Part shown: one piece after another, positions 18,242 to 28,478 of the stretch
Numbering within the stretch: position 1 is the first letter of the stretch
Layout: each line of letters starts with the position of its first letter
DNA from: a bacterium
Lineage (GTDB): Bacteria; Krumholzibacteriota; Krumholzibacteriia; LZORAL124-64-63
Length of the DNA stretch: 64,000 nt
Direction: 5' to 3'
Assembly (NCBI GenBank): GCA_003353795.1
Contig: PIVY01000002.1
Span: 12,552 to 76,551, forward strand
Position numbers and translations under genes: made by a program
Notes under the pieces: model-generated
The model's input: only the letters and a program-made list of their open reading frames with translations
Databases searched by the model: none
What the model was told of the DNA's origin: nothing

Positions 18242-19909
18242 ATGCGTATCGCTCTCATGTTCGCCTGTTGCTGGCTCGCCGGCGCCGCCGCGGCCCAGCA
18301 GGTCCCGCTTCCCACCGCGCCGACCTGGATGTCGGACGAGACCGAATACAATGGGACGGGCCTCGACATCGGCGACGTCGACCTCGACGGCTGGCTCGAC
18401 CTTGCCGTGAGCAACGGCAACGACATCACCCAGTCGCCCAATCTGGTCTACCTCAACGACGGCACCGGCCACCCGCTCACCACGGCCGACTGGGCCAGCA
18501 CCGACGAGCGCTACAGCGGCCACTGCCAGCTCGCCGACGTCGACCAGGACGGCTATCCCGAGCTCATGGTGGCCAACTACATCGGCACCGCCTGGGGTCC
18601 TGCCCAGGTGCAGGTCTACAAGAACAACGGCGGTGTCCTCGAGCTGTGGCCCAGCTGGGAGTCGCCCAACGACATCCACACCTTCCGGGCTTCGTTCGGC
18701 GATCCCGACGGCGACGGTGACCTGGATCTGGCCGTGGCCACCGGCGAGTCGTACAACAGCTACGACGAGCAGAACCTGATCTTCTTCAACACGGGCGGTC
18801 AACTCGAGGCCACCGCGAGCTGGCGCAGCACGATCTACGACGCCTGCTACGACACCAAGTTCGTGGATTACGACGGCGACGGCGACCAGGACGTGGCCTT
18901 CCTCGGCGGCGGCGGCCGCACCACCATCTACGAAAATGTGGGCGGCGTGATCGCCACCTCGCCGGTCTGGATGACCGCCACCAACGACGACGGCAACACC
19001 TTCGACTTCGACGACCTCGACGGCGACGGTCGCATGGACATGCTCGTGGGATTCAACTCCCAACTCGGCGGCAGCGGACGCTTTGCCGTGTTCCTCACGG
19101 GCGGTGGCGACCTGCCCACGTCGCCCACCTGGACCAGCGACTTCATCGGCTACTGCTCGGCCGTGGTCTGCGCCGACATGGACCAGCAGAACGGCCCCGA
19201 CCTGGTGACAGGCGGCTGGTGGGAGCCCATGCGCATCTACCTCAACGACGGCAGCGGCGGCTTCGCCACCACGCCGGAGTGGGAGTCCGACGCAGCCTGG
19301 GAGTCAGTGGTGGAGAATATCGCCCTGGCGGACCTGGACGAGGCCGAGACGCGCCTCGAGGTCGCCAATTTTCCGGCGGGCGCGCAGTTGCTCGAACTGC
19401 CGGATCGGCATCTGCAACGCATCGTGAGGGTGAGCACGACCAGCGGTCCGATCCCGGGCGATCGCTGGTGCTCCAGCCTGCGCGACGGCTGGGTGTCGCT
19501 GGACGCTCCCCTGACCGAAGCGGGCACCGTGGAGTACGCCGTGTCCGACGCTCTCGACCTCGCGATCAGCAACTGGGACGACGCCACCTTCGTGTTCCAC
19601 AGCTTGCTGACCACGGCGGCCGTCGACGAACAGACTCCAGGCGTGGTGCTGACCGACGTGCGGGCCTGGCCGAATCCGTTCAATCCGCGGACCACCATCG
19701 GGCTGCGGCTCACGACGGACGTGGGCACGGCCCGGTTGCGGGTGTTCGATCTGCGGGGCCGACTGGTGGAGGTCTTGCACGACGGGCCGTTGCCGGCGGG
19801 CGATCATCGCGTCGATTGGATGGCGCGGGGTGTGCCGAGTGGAGTGTATCTCTACCGGCTGGAGGCGGGCGGCGAGGTCCAGAGCGGCAAGGTCGTGCTC
19901 GCCAAGTGA
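18242..19909 (+). CDS. Secreted FG-GAP/VCBS repeat protein with a C-terminal Por_Secre_tail/FlgD-Ig-like sorting domain.
   Basis: An ATG at 18242 follows GGGAGAG. The signal peptide is 'MRIALMFACCWLAGAAAAQQ'. It has repeated 'D.D.DG..DL' FG-GAP motifs. The C-terminus is 'WPNPFNPRTTIGL...VFDLRGRLV...SGVYLYRLEAGG...KVVLAK'. Confidence 0.75.
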   Translation: MRIALMFACCWLAGAAAAQQVPLPTAPTWMSDETEYNGTGLDIGDVDLDGWLDLAVSNGNDITQSPNLVYLNDGTGHPLTTADWASTDERYSGHCQLADVDQDGYPELMVANYIGTAWGPAQVQVYKNNGGVLELWPSWESPNDIHTFRASFGDPDGDGDLDLAVATGESYNSYDEQNLIFFNTGGQLEATASWRSTIYDACYDTKFVDYDGDGDQDVAFLGGGGRTTIYENVGGVIATSPVWMTATNDDGNTFDFDDLDGDGRMDMLVGFNSQLGGSGRFAVFLTGGGDLPTSPTWTSDFIGYCSAVVCADMDQQNGPDLVTGGWWEPMRIYLNDGSGGFATTPEWESDAAWESVVENIALADLDEAETRLEVANFPAGAQLLELPDRHLQRIVRVSTTSGPIPGDRWCSSLRDGWVSLDAPLTEAGTVEYAVSDALDLAISNWDDATFVFHSLLTTAAVDEQTPGVVLTDVRAWPNPFNPRTTIGLRLTTDVGTARLRVFDLRGRLVEVLHDGPLPAGDHRVDWMARGVPSGVYLYRLEAGGEVQSGKVVLAK

Positions 19910-19926
19910 CGCTGTGATCGAGCTGA

Positions 19927-19947
19927 CAGGCGCCGGGGCGGCGCCTG
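19927..19947. terminator. Perfect 9-bp GC hairpin between convergent genes; a possible bidirectional terminator without a U-tract.
   Basis: The sequence is CAGGCGCCGgggCGGCGCCTG. It lies between the + gene ending at 19909 and the - gene ending at 19972. Confidence 0.35.
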
Positions 19948-19971
19948 CAGCTCATCACGCGACCGGGTGGG

Positions 19972-20655
19972 CTAGAAATCTTCCCCGATGGCATTGCAGA
20001 GGAACTTGAGCATGGGCTTCATGTCCTTGTAGAGGGCGCCCAGGCGGTCGGGGGCGTCGGCGGCGAGGACGTCCTTCTGGCTCAGGGGCACCCACAATCC
20101 CCAGTCCTTCCACTTCAATTCCTCGGCGGCGGGGTGGTCCTTGGGATACCCGGCGGGGACGCGTTGCAGGCTTTCGCTAAAACGCCTCATGCCGGCCAGG
20201 GCCGGGGCGTCGTTGATCTTGCGCCACTTCGCGTGGTTGCCGGCGACGGCCTCGCGGATGAGCCGGAGTTGCTCGGTGGGCGGTCGCCAGAGGCCGGCGG
20301 CGGCGCCGCAGTTGCCGGGCTCGAGATGCAGGTAGAGACCGGGAGCGTGGGCATCCTTGCCGGCCTCGTGCCGGAACTGCAGGGCGCAGTGGGTCTTGTA
20401 CGGGCTCTTGTCCTTGCTGAAGCGGACGTCGCGATAGATGCGGAAGAGCGCGCCGCCGGTGGGGCGCGGGTCGCAGACGATGTGTGGGCTCACGGCGCGC
20501 ACCTGGGGACCGAAGTCGGCGACGAAGCGCAGGGCGGGCTGTTTGAGCGACTCCTCGTAGCGCTCCTTGTTGGCCTGGAACCAGTCGCGGTTGTTGTTGG
20601 CGGCGAGGTCCTTGAGGAAGTCGAAGAGCGCCTTGGTGAAGTAGGGCTTGGCCAT
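19972..20655 (-). CDS. DUF2461 (TIGR02453) family protein.
   Basis: The start was chosen at MAKPYF (20655). 'FRIYRDVRFSKDKSPYKTH' is typical of TIGR02453. The longer table ORF has an N-terminal extension with no support. Confidence 0.65.
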   Translation of the reverse strand: MAKPYFTKALFDFLKDLAANNNRDWFQANKERYEESLKQPALRFVADFGPQVRAVSPHIVCDPRPTGGALFRIYRDVRFSKDKSPYKTHCALQFRHEAGKDAHAPGLYLHLEPGNCGAAAGLWRPPTEQLRLIREAVAGNHAKWRKINDAPALAGMRRFSESLQRVPAGYPKDHPAAEELKWKDWGLWVPLSQKDVLAADAPDRLGALYKDMKPMLKFLCNAIGEDF

Positions 20656-20687
20656 GGGCGATTCCTTTTCTCGGTCGAAGGCCCGCT

Positions 20688-21446
20688 TCAGGGCAGGGCG
20701 ATGGCTTCGAAGCTGCGGTCGGGATAGGAGACCCACAGCTGATCGTCCACCACGGAGATGCCGCTGGCCTGGACGTCCTGGATGACGATGCTGTAGGTGT
20801 TGCCGCCGCCGTCGTGGCCCAGGATCAGCGTATTCCCATTCTCGTCGAAGCCCAGCTTCCAGAGCCAACCCGGCGACCAGGCCGCGGCGATCACGCCGGG
20901 ATCGGTGGCGAACTGCGGCCAGTAGTGCTGCACGGGTTCGCTCGACTCGCCCTCGAAGCCGGGGCCGTAGTTGAGCGTGGTGTAGCTCGCCGTTCCGGGC
21001 TGCCGGTAAATCACCACGAACGAGTCCACGTCGGCGCTGTAGGCCATGCCACTGGCCCGCTGGTCACTGCCGGCGAAGGGGTCGACGCGGGTCCAGTCCA
21101 TCTCGCCCACGGCGGACACGCGGAAGAGCTGACCGTTGTCGCGGGTCTGCAGGTAGACGAAGTCGCCGTCAGTGGCTGCGGCCAGGTAGCCCACGTGGTT
21201 GATGCCCAGATCGAAGCGATCCACGGCGAACCCGTCGGTGGCGAACTTGAAGAGGTCGACCTGGCTGCCACCGTTGCCGGAGCGGTCGTCGTTGGTGGCG
21301 AAGAGGTGGCCGTCGAGGGCCACGATGTCGCCGAGCGGGTCGCCGAGGGTGTCCTTGGTGAGGTCGACCTCGGGATCCTCGTTGCAGGCGGCCAGGGCCA
21401 GCAACGAGCAGGCGAGGAGCACAAAGAGCAGGGCACGATTCGTCAT
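20688..21446 (-). CDS. Hypothetical lipoprotein.
   Basis: An ATG at 21446 follows GGAGG. 'MTNRALLFVLLACSLLALAAC' is a lipobox. The gene is co-directional with, and upstream of, the DUF2461 gene. Confidence 0.55.
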   Translation of the reverse strand: MTNRALLFVLLACSLLALAACNEDPEVDLTKDTLGDPLGDIVALDGHLFATNDDRSGNGGSQVDLFKFATDGFAVDRFDLGINHVGYLAAATDGDFVYLQTRDNGQLFRVSAVGEMDWTRVDPFAGSDQRASGMAYSADVDSFVVIYRQPGTASYTTLNYGPGFEGESSEPVQHYWPQFATDPGVIAAAWSPGWLWKLGFDENGNTLILGHDGGGNTYSIVIQDVQASGISVVDDQLWVSYPDRSFEAIALP

Positions 21447-21589
21447 GTCGGACCTCCTGGTCGGTATCATTGAACGGCGAATCATCGGGTCCGTCAACCG
21501 GGCCCATCCCGCAGAGTTCCGTTTCGGCGGGAACTTCCGCGCCTTCCGCGCTATTATCCCTGGCGACCCCTGCCCGAAAGGACCCGATC

Positions 21590-22408
21590 ATGCGCCGCCT
21601 TCTCGCCCTCACGGCCGCTTTGCTCGCGGCCGGCCTCGTCATTGCACAGGACGAAACCGACCTGCCGGAAACACCGCCCGACGAGACCACCCCCATCACC
21701 AAGCTCGTCCTCGTGCCTGCCGGCGAGTTTACCATGGGCTGGCCCGGCAGCGACGAGATGCCCGCACATCGGGTCCGCGTGGATGCCTTCATGCTCGACG
21801 AGCACGAGGTCACCAACGAGCAGTACAAGGCCTACTGCGACGCCACCGGCGCCAAGCTGCCCGTCTACTGGGGCATGGAGGAGTTCCGCAGCGGCGACGA
21901 ATGGCTCGACCATCCTGTGGTGGGCGTGAGCCACGGCGCGGCGCGCAAGTACGCCCGCTGGGTGGGCAAGCGGCTGCCCAGCGAGGCGGAGTGGGAGTAC
22001 GCCGCCCGCGCGGGGACCAAGCTCAAGTACGCCGTCACCGACACCATCAATCCCGACCTCGCCAACTACAAGTCGAGCAAGCGCGGCGGCCCCGTGGCGG
22101 TGAAGAGCTACCCGGGCAACCCCTTCGGCCTCTACGACCTGATCGGCAACGTGCGCGAGTGGTCGGCCGACTTCTACGGCATCGTGCTGCCCGAGGGCGC
22201 GCTGATTCCCGACGAGGGCGAGGGCCCGCTGGACGGGGTCGTGCCGATGGAGAACCCGGTGAACATCGAGCGCAACAAGCTGGGCATCGTTCGGGGCGGC
22301 GGCTGGTACTCCGGCGGCGGCTGCAACTCGGCGTACGTGCGCAACGGGTATCCGCGGGGGTGGGGCGACTTCGCGGTGGGATTCCGCTGCGCGCGGAGCG
22401 TGGACTAG
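21590..22408 (+). CDS. Formylglycine-generating-enzyme (FGE-sulfatase/SUMF1) family protein, secreted.
   Basis: An ATG at 21590 follows AAAGGA. It has a signal peptide. 'HRVRVDAFMLDEHEVTNEQY' and 'GNVREWSADFY...GGGWYS...RNGYPRG...GFRCAR' are FGE-family hallmarks. Confidence 0.75.
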   Translation: MRRLLALTAALLAAGLVIAQDETDLPETPPDETTPITKLVLVPAGEFTMGWPGSDEMPAHRVRVDAFMLDEHEVTNEQYKAYCDATGAKLPVYWGMEEFRSGDEWLDHPVVGVSHGAARKYARWVGKRLPSEAEWEYAARAGTKLKYAVTDTINPDLANYKSSKRGGPVAVKSYPGNPFGLYDLIGNVREWSADFYGIVLPEGALIPDEGEGPLDGVVPMENPVNIERNKLGIVRGGGWYSGGGCNSAYVRNGYPRGWGDFAVGFRCARSVD

Positions 22409-22421
22409 CTCGACTAGTCTC

Positions 22422-24290
22422 TCAGCGCGCCAGCAACAGTTTGCCCACAGCTGTCTCGTGGGGCGTGGTGATCCGACAGAAGTACACGCCCGACGCCACG
22501 GCGGAACCCCGCTGGTCAGTGCCGTCCCAGCGCCAGCTGCATCGGCCGGCCGCAATCGGGCCTCGAACCAGTTCACGCACCAGCATGCCTCGGGCGTCAT
22601 GGATTCGTACCTGCACCGTCGCGGCGCGGTAAAGGTCGTATTCGATGACGGTGCTGGGATTGAAGGGATTCGGGTGGACTCTCACGCCAGGCGCCACCAG
22701 CGGTGTCGAACCAACCGCCGTGGCGTATCCCTCATTGACCAGAGAAGTATTCGCGATGCCACGAACTTCAATGTTCACGCTGCCGATCTCCATGGGCGCG
22801 GCGAAGTCCAGGTAGAACAGGGTGCCGGGCTGATCGACCACTGCGTCCTCGCCGATGAGGGCGTAGGTGACGTCGAATGGGAACACGTCATCCAGGCCGT
22901 GGAAACCGACGCCGGCCAGTTGCTGGGCCAGAGGACCTTCGCGGCAATCCACGTCGCCCAGCGGTACGGGTCCCGTGAGGTGAAGGCCGATGAATCCCGG
23001 ACCCGGATCGATGACCTCGCAGAGCACCTCTGTGTCGCTGAACTGGGTGAGACGGACATCGGCGACCAGCGGACCGTCTATCGCCGGCCGCGGTTCGTAG
23101 GCGTAGATAGCGCCGAATCCGGTCGTGGCCAGCATCAGATCCTCGAAGTCGATGCGCCCGTCGGGAATCGGGAAGCCGTCGACGTAGCCGGAGCTGTTCG
23201 GGGCAATGTCGGCGATGGGCTCGAAGAGCGGGTCTCCGTCGCCGGTCGCGAACAGGTTGACGAAACGGCCGAGGTCGAACCAGTCCACGGCGCCGTCCTC
23301 GGCCGCGACGTCTCCGATGAGGTAATTGGTTCCGGCGTTCTCCGCGATCATCGCCGACGTGTACTGCTCGCCTGCCAGTTCGGTGAACAGCACGTAATGG
23401 TACCGACCACGCGTGACCAGGACGTCCTCGTAGTAGACGACGTGCGCCGGCACGGTATTGACCAGTTCCCACAGCGGCGAATCTACGGCGTCCTGGCGCG
23501 AGCTCGGATTGACGGGAACGACGGCATCGGGATGGCGCTCGTAGAGAGGGTACGCCGACGCGCCGTCCGGTGTGGCCACGACGGCGCGGTAGATCTCCGT
23601 GGCCACGATCTCGACCCCGACGGGATTGACCCAGTCGAGCACGATCCGACCGTGACGGGGAGAGACGGCGAGCCGGGGAATGGACGTGTCGGTCACCGCG
23701 ACGAAGTCGTAGGCGACGGATGCCTCAGCCGCCGAGCCGCCCACGAAGCAGGCCATGGCCAGACCGCCGGTCGTGTACGGCGGAGCCCAGGAATCGAACG
23801 TGAGGGCAAGCTCGCCGTCAATGGCCGCGGTGAACGATTGGCCTTGCGCTTGGACCTCGATGTCGAACCATTGCAGGTTGAACGCCGGTGGCACGTCCGC
23901 GTTGGCAAGCAGAGTCGAGTTACCGCCGGCGACCCAGTAGAGCCTGATGTCGTCGAAGGGCGTCGTGCGATAATTGAGGTGGTAGTGGTCGCCCGTCTCC
24001 TGCATCAGGAAATTCATGATATGGTTGGCGCCGACGTCAGACCGCATGCGATAGGAGACGACGAAATCTACGTCGAGGACGTCGAGATCGGTGATCGCCT
24101 GTGACAGGGTTCCGGAGCCTTGAATCGAGCAACGCGCGGCTCCGGCGCTGACCGACCAGCCGGTGTCGCGATAGAAGAACGGACCGAAAGTGCCGTCCTC
24201 GAAATCGACCATGCCGATCCAGCCTGCCGTCGATGGTCCCGCGGCCGCAAAGAGGCTCACCACGAAAAGGGCACCAATAGACATACGCAT
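22422..24290 (-). CDS. Large secreted protein with a C-terminal Por_Secre_tail/FlgD-Ig-like sorting domain.
   Basis: An ATG at 24290 follows GGGAGGAGG. The signal peptide is 'MRMSIGALFVVSLFAAAGPSTA'. The C-terminus is 'HPNPFNPSTVIEY...IHDARGMLV...SGVYFCRI...KLLLAR'. Confidence 0.65.
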   Translation of the reverse strand: MRMSIGALFVVSLFAAAGPSTAGWIGMVDFEDGTFGPFFYRDTGWSVSAGAARCSIQGSGTLSQAITDLDVLDVDFVVSYRMRSDVGANHIMNFLMQETGDHYHLNYRTTPFDDIRLYWVAGGNSTLLANADVPPAFNLQWFDIEVQAQGQSFTAAIDGELALTFDSWAPPYTTGGLAMACFVGGSAAEASVAYDFVAVTDTSIPRLAVSPRHGRIVLDWVNPVGVEIVATEIYRAVVATPDGASAYPLYERHPDAVVPVNPSSRQDAVDSPLWELVNTVPAHVVYYEDVLVTRGRYHYVLFTELAGEQYTSAMIAENAGTNYLIGDVAAEDGAVDWFDLGRFVNLFATGDGDPLFEPIADIAPNSSGYVDGFPIPDGRIDFEDLMLATTGFGAIYAYEPRPAIDGPLVADVRLTQFSDTEVLCEVIDPGPGFIGLHLTGPVPLGDVDCREGPLAQQLAGVGFHGLDDVFPFDVTYALIGEDAVVDQPGTLFYLDFAAPMEIGSVNIEVRGIANTSLVNEGYATAVGSTPLVAPGVRVHPNPFNPSTVIEYDLYRAATVQVRIHDARGMLVRELVRGPIAAGRCSWRWDGTDQRGSAVASGVYFCRITTPHETAVGKLLLAR

Positions 24291-24488
24291 GACGGACCTC
24301 CTCCCAGAGACATTCGGGCAATGAACACAGCATATCATGATTGGCGGCCCGCTTCAACGGTGTCCGTTGGTGGCTCACTTTCGATTCATGGGCGCGCGTG
24401 TTATCTTCCTGCGGCCCGTAGGGCGATTCTGTGGGCCCGAACTCGAACCCAAACTCGTTCGACCAGAACGAAAAAGGACCAATGACCC

Positions 24489-25970
24489 ATGGCCGACATC
24501 ACCAAGCGCTCCGAGGACTACAGCCGCTGGTACCAGGACGTCATCCGCGAGGCCGAACTGGCCGACAACTCGCCGGTACGCGGCTGCATGGTCATCCGCC
24601 CCAACGGCTACGCCATCTGGGAGAACATCCAGGCCACCCTGGACAAGCGCTTCAAGGAGCTCGGCCACGTCAACGCCTACTTCCCGCTCCTGATCCCCAA
24701 GAGCTTCCTGGCCAAGGAAGCCGAGCACGTGGATGGGTTCGCCAAGGAGTGCGCCATCGTCACGCACCACCGGCTCAAGCAGGTCACGCGCGACGGCAAG
24801 GTCGACCTCATCCCCGATCCCGATTCGAAGCTGGAGGAGGAGTACATCATCCGCCCCACCAGCGAGACGGTGATCTGGGACATGTACCGCAAGTGGATCC
24901 AGAGCTACCGCGACCTGCCCATCCTGATCAACCAGTGGGCCAACGTCATGCGCTGGGAAATGCGTACGCGCATGTTCCTGCGCACCACCGAGTTCCTCTG
25001 GCAGGAGGGCCACACCGCCCACGCCACCGAGAAGGAAGGTCGCGACGAGACCCTGCAGATGCTCGAGACTTATCGCTGGTTCGCGGAGGACATCCTGGCC
25101 ATGCCCGTGATCACCGGCACCAAGACCGCCAACGAGCGGTTCGCCGGGGCGGTGGAGACGTTCTCCATCGAGGCCATGATGCAGGACAACAAGGCGCTGC
25201 AGGCGGCCACCAGTCACGACCTCGGTCAGAATTTCGCCAAGGCCTTCGACGTGAAGTACCAGCCCGCCGAGGGCAAGGTCGACTACGTGTGGGCCACGAG
25301 CTGGGGCATGTCCACGCGTATCGTGGGCTCCTTGATCATGGTCCACAGCGACGACGACGGCCTCGTGCTGCCCCCGAAGATCGCCGGCACCAAGGCCGTG
25401 ATCGTGCCCATCTGGAAGAGCGACGAGGAGAAGGCCGCGGTGTGCGAGGCGGCGCAGAAGCTGGCGGCCGAACTGCGCCCCGTGATCGGCCCTGTGCACA
25501 TCGACGACCGCGACAACCTGCGCCCCGGCTGGAAATACAGTGAGTGGGAGCGCAAGGGCGTGCCGCTGCGCCTGGAGCTGGGTCCTCGCGACCTGGCCGG
25601 CGAGTCGGTCATGCTCAAGGCGCGGCACGACCGGGCCAAGAACATCGTGCCCTTCGCCGATGTCGTTGCGGGCGTGCAGGCCGAACTGGACCGCATCCAG
25701 CAGGACCTCTACGACCGCGCCAAGCAGCGCATGGTCGAGAACACGCACGTGATCGACAGCTGGGACCAGTTCACCGACCTGTTCGAGAACAAGGACGGCG
25801 GCTTCGCCATGGCTCACTGGTGCGGCGACGGCACTTGCGAACAGACCGTGCAGGACAAGACCAAGGCCACCATTCGCAACATCCCCTTCGAGCGGGACGA
25901 GACCAAGGGCGAGTGCGTGCACTGCGGCAACGAGTCCATCGGGCGGGTGGTGTTCGCGCAGGGGTACTAG
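24489..25970 (+). CDS. proS: Proline--tRNA ligase (class II, archaeal/eukaryote-like short form).
   Basis: The N-terminus 'MADITKRSEDYSRWYQDVIREAEL...GCMVIRPNGYAIWE' is typical of ProRS. The length of 493 aa fits the form that lacks the editing insertion. Confidence 0.9.
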   Translation: MADITKRSEDYSRWYQDVIREAELADNSPVRGCMVIRPNGYAIWENIQATLDKRFKELGHVNAYFPLLIPKSFLAKEAEHVDGFAKECAIVTHHRLKQVTRDGKVDLIPDPDSKLEEEYIIRPTSETVIWDMYRKWIQSYRDLPILINQWANVMRWEMRTRMFLRTTEFLWQEGHTAHATEKEGRDETLQMLETYRWFAEDILAMPVITGTKTANERFAGAVETFSIEAMMQDNKALQAATSHDLGQNFAKAFDVKYQPAEGKVDYVWATSWGMSTRIVGSLIMVHSDDDGLVLPPKIAGTKAVIVPIWKSDEEKAAVCEAAQKLAAELRPVIGPVHIDDRDNLRPGWKYSEWERKGVPLRLELGPRDLAGESVMLKARHDRAKNIVPFADVVAGVQAELDRIQQDLYDRAKQRMVENTHVIDSWDQFTDLFENKDGGFAMAHWCGDGTCEQTVQDKTKATIRNIPFERDETKGECVHCGNESIGRVVFAQGY

Positions 25971-25994
25971 GCGCGCTGATCGACGAATGAATCA

Positions 25995-26031
25995 GGGCCC
26001 CGGCCATCGCGGCTGGGGCCCTTCGTTCTTG
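25995..26031. terminator. Hairpin terminator after proS, between convergent genes.
   Basis: The sequence is GGGCCCCGGCCatcgcGGCTGGGGCCC followed by TTCGTTCTTG. Confidence 0.55.
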
Positions 26032-26042
26032 TCGGTGCGGTG

Positions 26043-27302
26043 TCAGGCCAGCGTTTCCCGCCCGACCGGCAACGTCATGCACCGGCACCCGCCCCCGCCG
26101 CGCGCCAGCTCCGACCCGTCGATGGTGATCACGCAACGCTCGTGCGCCTCGATGTCGGCCTTGCCGGCGATCACGTCGGGCGCTGCGAGGACGGTGAAGC
26201 CCCGGCGGTCGAGCTCCTCGATGGTGTGCACGTTGCGCGCGTAGCCGATGACCTTGCCGGGAGCCAGGGCGAAGAAGTTGGTGCCCGAGTGCCACTGCTC
26301 GCGCTCCATGAGCCAGCGGTCGTCGCCACCGCCGCAGGGAATCGCCTCGAGGTCGAAGTCCAGGTCGCGCAGGCCGTCCATGAGGCAGTCGATCTCGCGG
26401 ATGCGCTTGACCTCGCCGCCTTCCACGTGGATGTGCACGGTGGGGAAATGGTTGTGCTCGGTCACCAGCGGCGCGTAGACCACGCAGGCGTTGCGGTCGA
26501 CGAAGGTGAAGACCATGTCGAGGTGGATGAACGACTCCGGTTTCTCGGGCATGACCTGCACCAGGAGGTGCCGCGCCACACCGTGGGCCTTGAGCCGCTC
26601 GATGAGGAAATCGACGCCCTCGGTGGACGTGCGCTGGCCCACGCCGACCATGAGCACGTCCTCGCGGGCCACCAGCACGTCGCCGCCCTCGATGGTCACG
26701 CCGGGCCCGGGGGCGCCCAGGCGCACGGGGTTGACGGTCTCGGTCTCGAAGCCCGGATGGTGATCGAAGATGGCCTCCATGATGAGCGCCTCGCGCTCGC
26801 GGACGGCGCTGGCCATGCGGCCTACCAGGATGCGATTGCCCACCGCGGCGGCGGCGTCGCGCATGAAGAAGAAGTTGTGCAAGGGCGGCAGGGAGAAGCG
26901 GTCCTCGCTGAGGAAGCGCGTGAGATTGTCGCGTACGATGGGCACGCCTTCGATGAGGGCGCGGGTCAGGTCGACCGGCTCGAGTTCGCGCAGGGCGTCA
27001 CGGATCAGGCCGGCCTTTTCCTGGACGCAGATCCGGCTCACGACCGACTCGCGGACCCGGTCGTTGGCCAGGATGTCGGTGAGCAGGTCGCGCACCTGGA
27101 ACGTCGTGGTCCAGCGCTCGAGCACGCCATGGAGCTGGTCGTACTGGGTCTCGGCCACATCCAGATTGAGGATGTCGCTGTAGAGGGCGCGTTCGGCCGT
27201 GGCCGGGGTCATGGCGGCCACTTCGGGGCCGGGGCGGTGCAGGATCACGCCGGTGAGGCGTCCTACCTCGCTCTGGACGTCGACGGTGAACTTCTGGGTC
27301 AT
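26043..27302 (-). CDS. arcA: Arginine deiminase.
   Basis: An ATG at 27302 gives MTQKFTV. It has 'FFMRD', 'HLDMVFTFVD' and a C-terminal 'GGGGCRCMT' with the catalytic Cys. The upstream part of the table ORF is an unsupported extension. Confidence 0.85.
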   Translation of the reverse strand: MTQKFTVDVQSEVGRLTGVILHRPGPEVAAMTPATAERALYSDILNLDVAETQYDQLHGVLERWTTTFQVRDLLTDILANDRVRESVVSRICVQEKAGLIRDALRELEPVDLTRALIEGVPIVRDNLTRFLSEDRFSLPPLHNFFFMRDAAAAVGNRILVGRMASAVREREALIMEAIFDHHPGFETETVNPVRLGAPGPGVTIEGGDVLVAREDVLMVGVGQRTSTEGVDFLIERLKAHGVARHLLVQVMPEKPESFIHLDMVFTFVDRNACVVYAPLVTEHNHFPTVHIHVEGGEVKRIREIDCLMDGLRDLDFDLEAIPCGGGDDRWLMEREQWHSGTNFFALAPGKVIGYARNVHTIEELDRRGFTVLAAPDVIAGKADIEAHERCVITIDGSELARGGGGCRCMTLPVGRETLA

Positions 27303-27580
27303 GGTCGGCTCGATCTCCGTTGAAGGTGTCGAATGATGCCCCGGGCGCCGGCGCCGATCCTGACGAACACGCCCTGGCAGGGAATCGCGCGCCACGCTAC
27401 CACAAGACTGCCGTTCTCGGCGAGTATCGTCGGCGCCGACGGCTGCGGCCGTACTTCCAAGATAAAGCTTGCGTACCGGTATTCGAGGAGATAATCGTGC
27501 GGACAAATAGATGGTGGTCGGTCCGTTCGGACCACGATCGGCCGCGCTTCCGGAACGGGCCACGACGAAAGGATCATAGC

Positions 27581-28426
27581 GTGCGTATCAAGCACCTCGC
27601 CCGCCTAGTCGCTCTCTGTTTCTGTTTCCCCCTTCTGGCGTCAGTCGCAACGGGCCAATCGGTCACCGCTTCCGATTTCCGCAGCGCCGGTCGCTTCCTC
27701 GAGTTCAGCTACGGCACGGCTACGCCGAAGTTCAAGGGCATGGATGGTTCGTTCGCCAGCCTGGGTATCCTGGAATTCAAATCGGGCTACAGTCTCCGCG
27801 ACAGCGTCACCGCGAACGTGATCGGCATGGACGACTTCTATTCCTTCGGCAGCTACATGGACGAAGACCTCCGGGCCTTCGGTACGACCGGGGCCGACGA
27901 GGACGTGGCTCGGCTCGGTCGGTTCGGAATCGGCAACCGGATGGGCTACGGCTACGACTGGCAAGGCACCGCTCTCGAGCTGTACAACCAGAACTCCATC
28001 AACTGGACCACCCTGCACGCGGACCACTATCCGGACGCCTCGGACGACGCCCAGGCCATCTTCGACCGCTACGGTACCCAGCTCCGGTTCGGACAGCTCA
28101 TGGAAGCCGGCGCGAAGTTCCACGTGTCGCAGACTGTCGCATTCACCGGTGGTATGGAGGGTGCGGTGATCTTCCCGCGGTACGTGTTCTGGCCCTGGCT
28201 GGGAAGCGTGGCGATCTACTCGATCGCCGAAGGTGCTGTCGAGCTGATCGCCGATCAGATCATGGAGTCCAACCCGACCATTGGTCCCGTCGCCTACTTC
28301 TTGCTCAAGAACGGACTGTCGCTCGCCTACTACTCGCTCCTGCGCGGCGACATGGCCTGGCCCTTCAACTACGAGCAGCCGCTCACCGTGGAGTCATTCA
28401 AGCTGGGGTTGAACCTCACGTTCTAG
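27581..28426 (+). CDS. Hypothetical secreted, aromatic/Gly-rich protein, probably in the outer membrane.
   Basis: A GTG at 27581 follows AAAGGA. The signal peptide is 'RIKHLARLVALCFCFPLLASVATGQ'. The protein ends in ...LNLTF. Confidence 0.5.
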   Translation: MRIKHLARLVALCFCFPLLASVATGQSVTASDFRSAGRFLEFSYGTATPKFKGMDGSFASLGILEFKSGYSLRDSVTANVIGMDDFYSFGSYMDEDLRAFGTTGADEDVARLGRFGIGNRMGYGYDWQGTALELYNQNSINWTTLHADHYPDASDDAQAIFDRYGTQLRFGQLMEAGAKFHVSQTVAFTGGMEGAVIFPRYVFWPWLGSVAIYSIAEGAVELIADQIMESNPTIGPVAYFLLKNGLSLAYYSLLRGDMAWPFNYEQPLTVESFKLGLNLTF

Positions 28427-28478
28427 CGGGATCGTCGACGATCGTTCGGGCCCGGCGCCATGCCGGGCCCGAGCAGAG

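Noticed and set aside
17684-19063. 459-aa ORF antisense to the methyltransferase and FG-GAP genes.
   Set aside because: It is a shadow ORF of low complexity (VVGGG..., GGAAAAAEE), and the sense strand has clear domain signatures.
22458-24104. 548-aa ORF antisense to the secreted sorting-tail protein.
   Set aside because: The sense strand has a signal peptide, a ribosome-binding site and a conserved C-terminal domain. The antisense product is Arg/Gly/Asp-rich with no motifs.
24375-25922. 515-aa ORF antisense to proS.
   Set aside because: proS is unambiguous, so this is a shadow ORF.
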